A stretch of 64,000 nt of DNA from Clostridiaceae bacterium (GTDB lineage Bacteria > Cyanobacteriota > Vampirovibrionia > Gastranaerophilales > Gastranaerophilaceae). The stretch is from NCBI GenBank assembly GCA_022641775.1, contig JALCDS010000005.1, positions 22,299-86,298 on the forward strand. The letters are read 5' to 3'. A program made the position numbers and the translations under genes. Positions 1 through 8,854 of the stretch are shown piece by piece. How positions within the stretch are numbered: position 1 is the first letter of the stretch; the number at the start of each line of letters is the position of its first letter. A model generated the notes under the pieces. The model was not told the DNA's origin and did not search any database. It worked only from the letters and a program-made list of their open reading frames with translations.

Positions 1-593
1 AGGTAGTTTGATGAATTGTTAACTGAAACTTTTTTACTCAAAACCTTTGTATAACGCATAGCCTTTGGCAATGTTTGAGAAAAAAAGTCTTCTTTATAAT
101 TATATTTTTCTAATTTAGTATTTTTAACAACATTTTTTTCCACAGTTGTCGCAACACCTTCAAATTTTTTATGAGAAACCCTTATAGGACTGAATTTAGG
201 AGCTTTTTTAAACACAACATGCACAGGATTCAACATGTCTTCAATAAAATGAAGAGCATAACCCAAATACATATCACGCTTTTCATAATTTTTATTTTTG
301 TTTTCCTTTAACATTTTTTGCGTGTACAATTTTGCTAAAGCGTAAGCATCAGGAGGTTCTGTAGATAAGTTATCAATATCCGCGAAATGCCCATTTATAT
401 AGGACTTTATATACTTTCTTGAGTAATCCGGCTCAACACAACTGTAATCAAGAATTGTTTTATTAAATCTCAATCTTTCAGGCATAGTTCTATTTATACG
501 TTTTACAATAGTCCTCGTTATAAGTCTATGAGTCTGATGTCTCCAACCAAAATTCACATTGTTTTCATAATTTTGTATTTTTTGAACAACCAT
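1..593 (-). CDS. Zn-dependent phospholipase C family protein (C-terminus lies beyond window edge)
   Basis: Not in the ORF track because it is open at the edge. Hand translation from ATG 593..591, behind AAGGAG, gives MVVQKIQNYENNVNFGWRHQTHRLITRTIV... with no stop down to position 1. W17, HRLI, EPDY, GHFAD, LGYALHFIEDMLNPVH and HKKFE line up with the Zn ligands W1/H14/D55/H69/H118/D122/H128/H142/E146 of B. cereus PC-PLC and the alpha-toxin N-domain. Confidence 0.7.
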   Translation of the reverse strand, partial: MVVQKIQNYENNVNFGWRHQTHRLITRTIVKRINRTMPERLRFNKTILDYSCVEPDYSRKYIKSYINGHFADIDNLSTEPPDAYALAKLYTQKMLKENKNKNYEKRDMYLGYALHFIEDMLNPVHVVFKKAPKFSPIRVSHKKFEGVATTVEKNVVKNTKLEKYNYKEDFFSQTLPKAMRYTKVLSKKVSVNNSSNY

Positions 594-760
594 TACTACT
601 CCTTACAAAATCATTATAACTTTTTTACTTATTTTCTTAAATATTTAAAGGTTCTTAACATTATGTTATTGTAAACTTTCTTTCATAAGTTGTCATTTAT
701 TACAAAAAGTGTAGAATAAACATTAATTGCAATAGTTGAGGCATCAGATTGGGGGATTTT

Positions 761-1048
761 ATGAAAGTTGGTGCAATAAACAGATCTACTGGATTGACAA
801 AATCGATAATAAAATCAGTCGAACACAAAATTTCTGTAGAACCGGCATTTTTTGAACGCGGAACCGACATAATTAAATTATCCAACGGCAAAACTCTTGA
901 AATAAAAACAGATTATTTTTTAAATAAAAAACAAACAAAAATATTTACACTTAAAGATGAACAGGGCTCAACTGAAAAAACTCTAAAAAGATTTTTTATT
1001 GACGGCAAACGATTAAATCTACCAAAGTACATAAATGAGGTTATTTAA
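761..1048 (+). CDS. hypothetical small protein (95 aa)
   Basis: ORF track 749..1048. ATG at 761 lies behind GGGGGA. No recognisable domain. Confidence 0.45.
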   Translation: MKVGAINRSTGLTKSIIKSVEHKISVEPAFFERGTDIIKLSNGKTLEIKTDYFLNKKQTKIFTLKDEQGSTEKTLKRFFIDGKRLNLPKYINEVI

Positions 1049-1053
1049 AAAAT

Positions 1054-1629
1054 ATGACTAAAAACATTCAAGGTTATGCCATATTAGAAAATTTGCTCAA
1101 CGGTAATAAAGATTTTGTAAACGGAGAATTATCTATACTTAATCATCAAGTTGATACGTTAAAACAGCTCAAAAATCAGCAACATCCAAATGCAATGATT
1201 TTTACCTGTTCTGATTCAAGAATATCTCCTGAAATAATTTTTAATTGCGGATTAGGGGAATTATTTACAATAAAAACAGCAGGCTTGGCTATAGACAACA
1301 ACGTCATAGAAACTATTGAGTATGGAATTGAAAAATTAAAAATAGAACTTTTAATTTTATTGGGTCACGACAACTGCGGCGCAATAGAAACGGCAAAAAA
1401 ATATTATCCTCAAAAAGGACATTTTGATTCTCTAGTCAATGGCATATATACGGTTATGACATCAGCTACAATATCGACAGATGACCTTGCGAAAACATAT
1501 ACAAAAAGTCTTGAAAATACCCTCATAAGCAAATCTGACATTATTAAAGCCGCTATTAAAGACAAAAATTTGTTACTTATAAAGGCACATCTGCATCACG
1601 ATACGGGCATTGTCGAGATATTAGAATAG
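1054..1629 (+). CDS. beta-class carbonic anhydrase
   Basis: The CSDSR motif and GHDNCGA motif are the Cys/His/Cys zinc site of beta-CA. Length 191 aa. Confidence 0.85.
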   Translation: MTKNIQGYAILENLLNGNKDFVNGELSILNHQVDTLKQLKNQQHPNAMIFTCSDSRISPEIIFNCGLGELFTIKTAGLAIDNNVIETIEYGIEKLKIELLILLGHDNCGAIETAKKYYPQKGHFDSLVNGIYTVMTSATISTDDLAKTYTKSLENTLISKSDIIKAAIKDKNLLLIKAHLHHDTGIVEILE

Positions 1630-1650
1630 ATATATCAAAAATTTTTTTCT

Positions 1651-2199
1651 TTGGGTTTTAATTCTAACATGATTTCTTTAATGCAAAAAGTTGATAATTT
1701 TAAAAGCATATATAATAAGACTCATATACTTCAAGCTCCGAGAACGTATAAAATGCCTGAAAGATTTGTGTTCAAATATAATAAAAACGGATATTCAAAT
1801 TATAGAATGTTTGATAGAAAAGGCACACTTTTAGGGACGATGCAGGCTATTTCTGAACGCGTTGATACCCCCGAATATTATCCCGCAACGAATTATTATT
1901 ATTCATTTTACATAAAAGGTCTAAACGCCATTAAAAGAAGAATCGGCGTTGGAAAAGCGTTTATCAAATTAGCTCGTCACGAAAGTTATGAAAATTGTTG
2001 TGAGGGACGTATCCATCTAATTGCTCAAAATTTAAAAGATATAAAAGATAAACCCGACATCTTTTATAGAAAATGCGGGTTCACCTCTAGTAATAAATAT
2101 CATATTGAAAAAATTGATGAGTGTATAAAAGAAAACAAACCTCTGGCAAATTTATGGTATCAAACCCTGATGTATTTGCCGCTGGATGTTAAACTTTAA
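1651..2199 (+). CDS. GNAT-fold acetyltransferase-like protein
   Basis: RIGVGKAFIKLARHE...IHLIAQN...FYRKCGF resembles GNAT motifs A and B. The start is uncertain (TTG 1651 or ATG 1669). Confidence 0.45.
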   Translation: MGFNSNMISLMQKVDNFKSIYNKTHILQAPRTYKMPERFVFKYNKNGYSNYRMFDRKGTLLGTMQAISERVDTPEYYPATNYYYSFYIKGLNAIKRRIGVGKAFIKLARHESYENCCEGRIHLIAQNLKDIKDKPDIFYRKCGFTSSNKYHIEKIDECIKENKPLANLWYQTLMYLPLDVKL

Positions 2200-2500
2200 A
2201 TAATGCCATCTTGAATTTTGATTTGGCAGTCAAGCCATGCGGTTCACCTTTTGGCATAAGAATTATTTCACCTTCTTTTAAAGTATAATTTTCGCCTGAA
2301 ATCATCACTTCGACTTCACCTTCAACTGCTTGCACAACCGCATCAACAGGGGCTGAGTGTGGCGCAATTGATTGTCCCTTATCAAAGGCAAAAAGGGTAA
2401 GCGAACTATCTGTATTATCAGTAATGGTTTTACTTACAATTGAATTTTCCTGATAATCTATACTGTTTTTTAAATTTAAAACTTTTTTGGCAAATGTCAT
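2189..2500 (-). CDS. cupin domain protein
   Basis: 103 aa. G-x5-H-x-H-like APHSAPVD...GE...MPKGEPHGL pattern of a small single-domain cupin. Confidence 0.6.
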   Translation of the reverse strand: MTFAKKVLNLKNSIDYQENSIVSKTITDNTDSSLTLFAFDKGQSIAPHSAPVDAVVQAVEGEVEVMISGENYTLKEGEIILMPKGEPHGLTAKSKFKMALFKV

Positions 2501-2515
2501 AATTGACCTCCTTAT

Positions 2516-3481
2516 CTATATTTCGTTTTGTTCTAAGATTTCTTTTAAAATTGTTGCAGATTTTTGAAGTCTGGTAATTTCATCTTGACTTAATTCAATC
2601 GGGACTTGTTTTTCAGCGCCATCTTTACCGAGTATCGTCGGCATACTAAGGGCAATCTCATCAATACCATATTCACCTTTCATTTTTGAAGAAATAGGTA
2701 AAATTGATTTTTCATCACGGACAATAGCCTCACAAATTCGTTTTACAGACATTGCAATCCCGTAATATGTGGCTTTTTTCTTAGAAATAATCTCATAAGC
2801 GCTATTTTTAACCTTTTCTGCAATTTCTTCGGTTGCTTCTTTATGGTTAAAATGACCTCTCATCTCACAGAATTTGTCGAGTTTGATACCTGAAACATTA
2901 GCTGATGAAAAGGCTGCAATTTCACTATCCCCGTGTTCTCCAATAATAAACGCGTGGACACTTCTTGAATCAACATTCAAATGTTCTCCGATTGCATATT
3001 TTAATCTTGCAGTATCAAGAACAGTTCCTGAACCGATTACTCTATTTTCAGGCAATCCGCTGAGTTTTAAGGTAACTGACGTTAATATATCAACAGGGTT
3101 TGAAACAATTAACAAAATTCCTTTAAAATCACGTTTTTTAATCTCAGGAATTATTGATTTAAAGATTGAAATATTTTTTTTGACTAAATCCAACCTTGTT
3201 TCGCCGGGTTTTTGATTAGCACCGGCTGTAACTATAACAATTGAAGCATCTTCAACATCATCGTAGGTACCTGCATAAATTTTCATAGGTTTGGCAAAAG
3301 GAACACCATGGCTAATATCGAGAGCTTCACCCTCGGCTTTATCAGGATTGGCATCAATCAATGCCATTTCTGTAAACAATCCGCTTTGCATAAGGCTGAA
3401 TGCTGATGCTGAACCAACAAATCCACAGCCTACAATTACAACTTTTCTAAAGTTTATACAATTTAAACAATCTCGTTTCAT
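2516..3481 (-). CDS. ldh: L-lactate dehydrogenase
   Basis: Rossmann motif VVIVGCGFVGSA. Also ITAGANQKPGETRLDL, SNPVDIL and the catalytic IGEHGDS motif. Confidence 0.9.
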   Translation of the reverse strand: MKRDCLNCINFRKVVIVGCGFVGSASAFSLMQSGLFTEMALIDANPDKAEGEALDISHGVPFAKPMKIYAGTYDDVEDASIVIVTAGANQKPGETRLDLVKKNISIFKSIIPEIKKRDFKGILLIVSNPVDILTSVTLKLSGLPENRVIGSGTVLDTARLKYAIGEHLNVDSRSVHAFIIGEHGDSEIAAFSSANVSGIKLDKFCEMRGHFNHKEATEEIAEKVKNSAYEIISKKKATYYGIAMSVKRICEAIVRDEKSILPISSKMKGEYGIDEIALSMPTILGKDGAEKQVPIELSQDEITRLQKSATILKEILEQNEI

Positions 3482-3509
3482 AGTGTCTCCTTTCGTTTTT
3501 AAGGTTGAT

Positions 3510-5042
3510 TTACCCTAAAATTTCTTTTAAATCTTCCTCAGGTGTTTTGATTGGTGCTATTTTAAACTTGTCAACCAAAATTTGCAATACATTTGGCGAA
3601 ACAAATGCAGGCAAAGTCGGTCCAAGTTTTATATTTTCTATTCCTAAATATAAAAGTGTCAACAAAATACAAACAGCTTTCTGCTCATACCAAGATAGAA
3701 CAAGTGACAATGGAAGTTCATTCACAGAACAATTAAATGCTTTAGATAGTTCCACTGCAACCTTTATAGCTGAATACGCATCATTACATTGTCCCATATC
3801 AAGGATTCTCGGTATCCCATTGATATCACCTAAATCTAAATCATTAAATCTGAATTTTCCACAAGCAAGCGTCAAGATTAAAGTATCAGAAGGTGTTTGT
3901 TTTACAAATTCTGTATAGTAGTTTCTTCCAGGTTTTGCTCCGTCACAACCACCTACAAGGAAAATATGTTTCAAATCACCTGATTTTACAGAATTAATAA
4001 CTTTATCTGCAACGCTCATTACAGTATGATGTCCGAAACCTACCGTCAAAACATCACCACCGTTTATTCCTGTCATTTTTACATCTTTATCATATCCACC
4101 CAATTCCAACGCTTTATTGATAACAGGCGTAAAATCTTTGTCATTGCCTATATGTTTGCAATCAGGGAATTCGACAACAGACGTTGTGAACACTCTATCT
4201 TTGTAACTATCTTTTACTGGCATAATACAATTTGTTGTAAATAATATTGCTCCCGGTAAATTGTCAAATTCTTTTTGTTGGTTTTGCCAAGCTGTACCGA
4301 AATTCCCTTTAAGTTGAGGATATTTTTTCAATTCAGGATAAGCATGACAAGGTAACATTTCGCCATGTGTATAAATATTTATACCTTTACCTTTTGTTTG
4401 TTCTAAAAGTAAAGCTAAATCATGCAAATCATGACCTGTAACAACAATAAACGGACCTTTTTCAATATTTGTCGTAACTTTAGTCGGCACAGGGTTACCA
4501 TAAGTTTCAGTATTAGCCTTATCCAACAATTCCATACATTTTAAATTAATTTCACCTGTTTTCAAAACAAGTGGTAACAATTCTGATGTCGGTAAATCTT
4601 TTGAAATAGCTTGTAATGCTTCATAGAAAAATTTATCAACAGCTTCATCTTTATAACCTAAAATCCTTGCGTGGTGAGCGTAAGCCGCAATCCCTTTAAG
4701 CCCAAAAAGAATCAATGATTTTAAACTTCTTATATCTTCATCACAATCCCAAACAGATTGGATATTAAAATCAGGGTTACCTGCATTTTCTATCACATCA
4801 TCAACCATTTTTTGAATTGTTTCGCCGTCAAAATTAACATTCGTAATTGTTGTAAACAACCCGTCAATTAAAATTTTTGTATTTTTATCATTTACAGGTG
4901 CAACATTTGCAAGCTTTATCAATGAACTTGTTAATTTGTCTTGTAAATTTGCAATATCCGCAGTTTTTCCACACACCCCACCGAACGTACAACCTTGGCA
5001 CTTTGCAGTTTGTTCACATTGAAAGCAAAACATTTTATTCAT
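3510..5042 (-). CDS. hcp: hybrid cluster protein / hydroxylamine reductase
   Basis: N-terminal CFQCEQT...CxxGxCGK cluster motif. 510 aa, with full-length Hcp-like sequence. Confidence 0.93.
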   Translation of the reverse strand: MNKMFCFQCEQTAKCQGCTFGGVCGKTADIANLQDKLTSSLIKLANVAPVNDKNTKILIDGLFTTITNVNFDGETIQKMVDDVIENAGNPDFNIQSVWDCDEDIRSLKSLILFGLKGIAAYAHHARILGYKDEAVDKFFYEALQAISKDLPTSELLPLVLKTGEINLKCMELLDKANTETYGNPVPTKVTTNIEKGPFIVVTGHDLHDLALLLEQTKGKGINIYTHGEMLPCHAYPELKKYPQLKGNFGTAWQNQQKEFDNLPGAILFTTNCIMPVKDSYKDRVFTTSVVEFPDCKHIGNDKDFTPVINKALELGGYDKDVKMTGINGGDVLTVGFGHHTVMSVADKVINSVKSGDLKHIFLVGGCDGAKPGRNYYTEFVKQTPSDTLILTLACGKFRFNDLDLGDINGIPRILDMGQCNDAYSAIKVAVELSKAFNCSVNELPLSLVLSWYEQKAVCILLTLLYLGIENIKLGPTLPAFVSPNVLQILVDKFKIAPIKTPEEDLKEILG

Positions 5043-5066
5043 AATTTTATTCTCCTTTTTCTTTTC

Positions 5067-5095
5067 TTGACATTTTTAGTGTAACGTGTTATTCT
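5067..5095 (+). promoter_or_regulatory. sigma70-like promoter for the Crp/Fnr gene
   Basis: TTGACA (5067..5072), 17-nt spacer, TATTCT (5090..5095), about 45 nt upstream of ATG 5139. Confidence 0.4.
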
Positions 5096-5105
5096 ACAAA
5101 AATCC

Positions 5106-5119
5106 GTTGCAGTTGCAAC
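5106..5119. promoter_or_regulatory. 14-bp palindrome GTTGCAGTTGCAAC, candidate Crp/Fnr(HcpR)-type operator
   Basis: Perfect inverted repeat GTTGCA/TGCAAC in the hcp to regulator intergenic region. Confidence 0.35.
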
Positions 5120-5138
5120 AAAAATTGAAGGGCATTTT

Positions 5139-5771
5139 ATGGATATATTTTACGGGATATCAGATAGTGATAAATCAGCCATGTTGAACTGTTTGAGAGC
5201 AGTTAAAAAGACTTATCTGAAAGATGAAATTGTTTTTGATGAAACAAAAGCCTTGACAGCTGTAGGTTATTTAGAAAAAGGACATTTAAGACTTTTAAAA
5301 GATGATTATGAAGGGAATAAATTGATTATTTCTGATATAAAAGAAGGTGAAACATTCGGCGAAGCTATAGTTTCACAAGATGTGCCTCAAAATCAAATAT
5401 ATGGACAAGTAACAGAAGATTCTGAAATCCTTTTTATGGATTTTTCGAGAATTCTGTCAATGTGTCAAAATACATGTCCTTTTCATAAAAAATTGATAGA
5501 AAATTTAATCAAAAATATCACAAGTAAAAACGTTATTCTGCAACAACGGATTGAACTTTTATCTAAAAAGACATTACGAGAGAGAATTTTGAGTTTCTTA
5601 TATGAAATCAAGAATAAACAAAAATCAATTATATTTGAAATTCCTTATTCAAGAGAACAAATGGCAGAATTTTTGGGAGCTGACAGAAGCGCATTATCTC
5701 GAGAACTTTCTAAAATGAAAGCTGAAAACTTAATTGATTACCATAAAAATTCATTCAAAATCTTAAAATAA
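5139..5771 (+). CDS. Crp/Fnr family transcriptional regulator (HcpR-like by position)
   Basis: cNMP-binding-like N-domain (GExFGE). C-terminal HTH: REQMAEFLGADRSALSRELSKM. Divergent from hcp. Confidence 0.8.
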   Translation: MDIFYGISDSDKSAMLNCLRAVKKTYLKDEIVFDETKALTAVGYLEKGHLRLLKDDYEGNKLIISDIKEGETFGEAIVSQDVPQNQIYGQVTEDSEILFMDFSRILSMCQNTCPFHKKLIENLIKNITSKNVILQQRIELLSKKTLRERILSFLYEIKNKQKSIIFEIPYSREQMAEFLGADRSALSRELSKMKAENLIDYHKNSFKILK

Positions 5772-5773
5772 AT

Positions 5774-6049
5774 TTATTCACAAATTTTCAAATTTATGTT
5801 TTGCAAAAGTTGTTTTGCCAATTTATTTTCAAAAGTGTACCAAATCAAATTACCTTCCCTACAACCTTTTATAATCCCAGCATTCTTTAATATATTAATA
5901 TGTTGCGAGACCAATGATTGCGAAACATGCAACCTTTCAACCATTGTATTCACATTACATTTTCCTTTATGTAAAAGCCCACATGCTATATTGAGTCTAA
6001 TTGGGTGCGATAACGCTTTAAATATTTTTGCATATTCTTCTGCTTGCAT
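5774..6049 (-). CDS. ArsR/SmtB family transcriptional repressor
   Basis: FKALSHPIRLNI...LVSQHINILKNAGII winged-HTH signature. Cys residues lie at the alpha3 position (GKCNV) and at the C-terminus (KICE). Confidence 0.8.
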   Translation of the reverse strand: MQAEEYAKIFKALSHPIRLNIACGLLHKGKCNVNTMVERLHVSQSLVSQHINILKNAGIIKGCREGNLIWYTFENKLAKQLLQNINLKICE

Positions 6050-6064
6050 AATTTGAGTCTCCTC

Positions 6065-6104
6065 TTGACAATATTAGAATATTATAATATTCTAATATTG
6101 TCAA
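6065..6104. promoter_or_regulatory. perfect 40-bp palindrome holding two overlapping divergent promoters / operator
   Basis: TTGACAATATTAGAATATTA|TAATATTCTAATATTGTCAA. On each strand it reads TTGACA-N17-TATTCT. Confidence 0.55.
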
Positions 6105-6111
6105 GTAGTTA

Positions 6112-8496
6112 ATGAAGGATAAATTTATGAGAACAATTATTATAGGTGGTGGCGCAAGCGGAGCAAGCTGTGCTGCAAGATTAAGAAGATTAGATGAAAA
6201 AGCTGAAATTCTTATATTAGAAAAAACAAATGAAATTTCTATTGCAAATTGCGGATTGCCATATTATACCTCAGGCGTAATTTCCGACAGGGAAAAGATG
6301 CTCGTTTCAACTCCTGAAAAATTCAAAACATGGTTCAATATAGATGTAAAATTGAATTCTGAAGTGAAAGAAATTTTGCCGGATAAAAAAATAGTTGTTT
6401 TAGCTTCAAACGAAGAAATCGCTTATGACAAACTTGTTTTAACAACAGGTGCAAGGCCTATTGTTCCTCCATTTGAGGGCATGGACAGGTCAAAGATTTT
6501 TACGGTAAGAAATTTGTTTGATGCCGATAATATCAAAGGTTTCATCAAAAATAATCCTGTAAAACGTGCAGTTGTAATTGGCGGCGGATTTATCGGAGTT
6601 GAGATGGCTGAAAATTTAATCGAAATGGGATTAAACACAACTTTGATTGAAATGCAATCTCAAATTCTGGCTCCTGTAGATACAGAAATTGCTGCTGTTG
6701 TACAAAATGAGATGCGTGATAACGGAGTAAACTTAATTTTATCCGACGGAGTAAAAAGTTTTGACAAAAATAAAATCATTTTGAACTCAGGAAAATCCGT
6801 TGATTTTGATATTGTTATTATGGCAATAGGCGTAAAACCGGAAATTGAATTGGCAAAAAATGCAGGATTGGAAGTCAACCGTGGGATAAAAGTTAATGAA
6901 TTTATGCAAACCTCTGACAGTAACATTTATGCTGCAGGCGATAGCGTTGAAATCAAAGATTTCGTAACAAATACAGATACAATGATTCCGCTTGCAGGGC
7001 CGGCAAACAGACAAGGTAGAATTATTGCAGACAATATTGCAGGTTTGAATTCAACTTATAAAAAATCTCAAGGAACTTCTGTTATAAAGGTGTTTAACTT
7101 GACTGGATCAAGTGTCGGAAATAATGAAAAACAATTAAAGCAAAAAGAAATTCCTTATTTAAAGACTATTATATACAGCCGTTCACATGCCGGATATTAT
7201 CCTAATTCAACTCAAACTTTGTACAAATTATTATTTAACAAAGATGGAAAGATTTTGGGAGCGCAAGCCGTAGGAGAAGACGGGGTTGAAAAAAGAATAG
7301 ATGTTATTTCAACTATTATGAGGATGAATGGAACAGTTCAAGATATGTTAGATAGTGAACTTTCTTATGCACCACCTTATTCTTCAGCAAAAGACGGAGT
7401 AAATATTTTGGGAATGAATGCCGTAAACATTTTAAAAGGGCTTGTAAAACCGGCATTTTATGAAGATTTGAAAGACAGTTATCTGATTGATATCCGTCCT
7501 GAAATTTCATTTAAAACAAGAACAATTGAAGGCGCCGTTAATATTCCTATTACAGAACTCAGAAAAAGATTAAATGAAATTCCTACTGATAAAAAGGTCA
7601 TTATGTTTTGTAATACAGGACACACAAGTTATATAACTTCCAGAATTGTAATTCAAAACGGTTTTGACAATGTTTATTCTTTTTGCGGTGGCATTGAATT
7701 ATATAAAGAAATCGTCAAAGATAAACAAGGAATTTTAATCTCTAACTGTGAAAAAGCACCTATAATGCAATCAATAAATACTACGTCTGTTAAAAAAATT
7801 GATGCAACAGGACTTCAATGTCCCGGCCCGATTATGAAAATAGCATCGGCAATTTCAGAATTGACTGACGGGGAAGTTGTTGAAGTTGTATCAAACGACA
7901 GAGGCTTCAAATCTGATATCGGAGCGTGGTGCAATTCAACTGGCAACACCTTAGTCAATTTGACAACAGAAAATAAAAATATAATTGCGACAATCCAAAA
8001 GGGGAATAAAATACCTGAGATTCAAACTGCAAACGGACAAACAATAGTTGTATTTTCAAATGATTTAGATAAAGCTCTTGCTTCTTTTATAATAGCAAAC
8101 GGGGCTAAAGCGAGCGGAAAAGACGTAACTATGTTTTTCACATTTTGGGGTTTAAATATCCTTAGAAAATCAAATGTAAATGTAAAAAAAGGCTTTATTG
8201 ATTCAATGTTTGGACTTATGATGCCCAAAGGTCCTGATAAACTTACGCTATCTAAAATGAATATGGGTGGAATGGGTTCAGCTATGATGAAATGGGTTAT
8301 GAAAAATAAAAATATTTCGACCTTAAACGAACTTATCAAACAAGCTCAGGATAGTGGCATCAAGTTTATAGCTTGTAATATGTCAATGGACGTTATGGGT
8401 ATAAAACCGGAAGAGCTTATTGACGGTGTTGAAATAGGTGGCGTTGCAAAATACATTTCAGAAAGCAATACTGCAAATTCAAATTTGTTTATATAA
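6112..8496 (+). CDS. CoA-disulfide reductase-type flavoprotein fused to rhodanese, TusA-like and DsrE-like domains
   Basis: GGGASGASCAARL FAD motif and SIANCGLPYY redox Cys. Rhodanese loop MFCNTGHTS. TusA motif GLQCPGPIM. C-terminal DsrE/F-like VVFSNDLDKA...FIACNMS. The start may instead be ATG 6127. Confidence 0.85.
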   Translation: MKDKFMRTIIIGGGASGASCAARLRRLDEKAEILILEKTNEISIANCGLPYYTSGVISDREKMLVSTPEKFKTWFNIDVKLNSEVKEILPDKKIVVLASNEEIAYDKLVLTTGARPIVPPFEGMDRSKIFTVRNLFDADNIKGFIKNNPVKRAVVIGGGFIGVEMAENLIEMGLNTTLIEMQSQILAPVDTEIAAVVQNEMRDNGVNLILSDGVKSFDKNKIILNSGKSVDFDIVIMAIGVKPEIELAKNAGLEVNRGIKVNEFMQTSDSNIYAAGDSVEIKDFVTNTDTMIPLAGPANRQGRIIADNIAGLNSTYKKSQGTSVIKVFNLTGSSVGNNEKQLKQKEIPYLKTIIYSRSHAGYYPNSTQTLYKLLFNKDGKILGAQAVGEDGVEKRIDVISTIMRMNGTVQDMLDSELSYAPPYSSAKDGVNILGMNAVNILKGLVKPAFYEDLKDSYLIDIRPEISFKTRTIEGAVNIPITELRKRLNEIPTDKKVIMFCNTGHTSYITSRIVIQNGFDNVYSFCGGIELYKEIVKDKQGILISNCEKAPIMQSINTTSVKKIDATGLQCPGPIMKIASAISELTDGEVVEVVSNDRGFKSDIGAWCNSTGNTLVNLTTENKNIIATIQKGNKIPEIQTANGQTIVVFSNDLDKALASFIIANGAKASGKDVTMFFTFWGLNILRKSNVNVKKGFIDSMFGLMMPKGPDKLTLSKMNMGGMGSAMMKWVMKNKNISTLNELIKQAQDSGIKFIACNMSMDVMGIKPEELIDGVEIGGVAKYISESNTANSNLFI

Positions 8497-8764
8497 TTCC
8501 GTTCAAACAGTTGAAAAAGTCTTTCATACAATCACAATTTAAACTATAATACACATTTAATCCGTCTTTCCTGTCTTTTATCAGGTGGACGGATTTTAAT
8601 TTTACAAGTCCTTTTGAAATATGCGATTGTTCGTAATTTAATTCCTTAACTATTTCGCAAACACATTTTTCACCATTCAATAAAAGATCAATAATTTGTA
8701 ATCGCATAGGATTTGCCAAGGCTTTGAATATTTCAGTTTTTTTATCATAAAAATTCTTATCCAT
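8489..8764 (-). CDS. arsR: arsenic-responsive ArsR repressor
   Basis: [28 protein letters not shown]...GEKCVCEI, the canonical CVC As(III) site. The ATG at 8764 is chosen over the longer track ORF. Confidence 0.85.
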   Translation of the reverse strand: MDKNFYDKKTEIFKALANPMRLQIIDLLLNGEKCVCEIVKELNYEQSHISKGLVKLKSVHLIKDRKDGLNVYYSLNCDCMKDFFNCLNGII

Positions 8765-8773
8765 CTTACCCCC

Positions 8774-8844
8774 TTGACAATATGCCAAATATGTCATATA
8801 GTAATATATATGCCAATTATGGCATATGGCTATTATTTTGTCAA
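8774..8844. promoter_or_regulatory. divergent arsR/acr3 promoters with repeated ATGCCAA(A/T)T half-sites
   Basis: Plus strand: TTGACA 8774..8779, N17, TATAGT 8797..8802. Minus strand: TTGACA 8844..8839, N17, CATAAT 8821..8816. Palindrome ATGCCAATTATGGCAT at 8810..8825. Confidence 0.5.
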
Positions 8845-8854
8845 GGAGGGGTAC

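Noticed and set aside
2874-4244. Plus-strand ORFs 2874..3215, 3291..3518, 3505..3918 and 4026..4244.
   Set aside because: They lie antisense inside the well-supported ldh and hcp genes. They have low-complexity translations and no RBS, so they are shadow ORFs.
8774-8854. TTG-initiated N-terminal extension of acr3 given in the ORF track. Similar extensions apply to arsR up to 8863, marR up to 12297 and the ABM gene up to 11774.
   Set aside because: The extensions run through recognisable -35/-10 boxes and operator repeats. Each shorter start has an ATG with a Shine-Dalgarno sequence at proper spacing.
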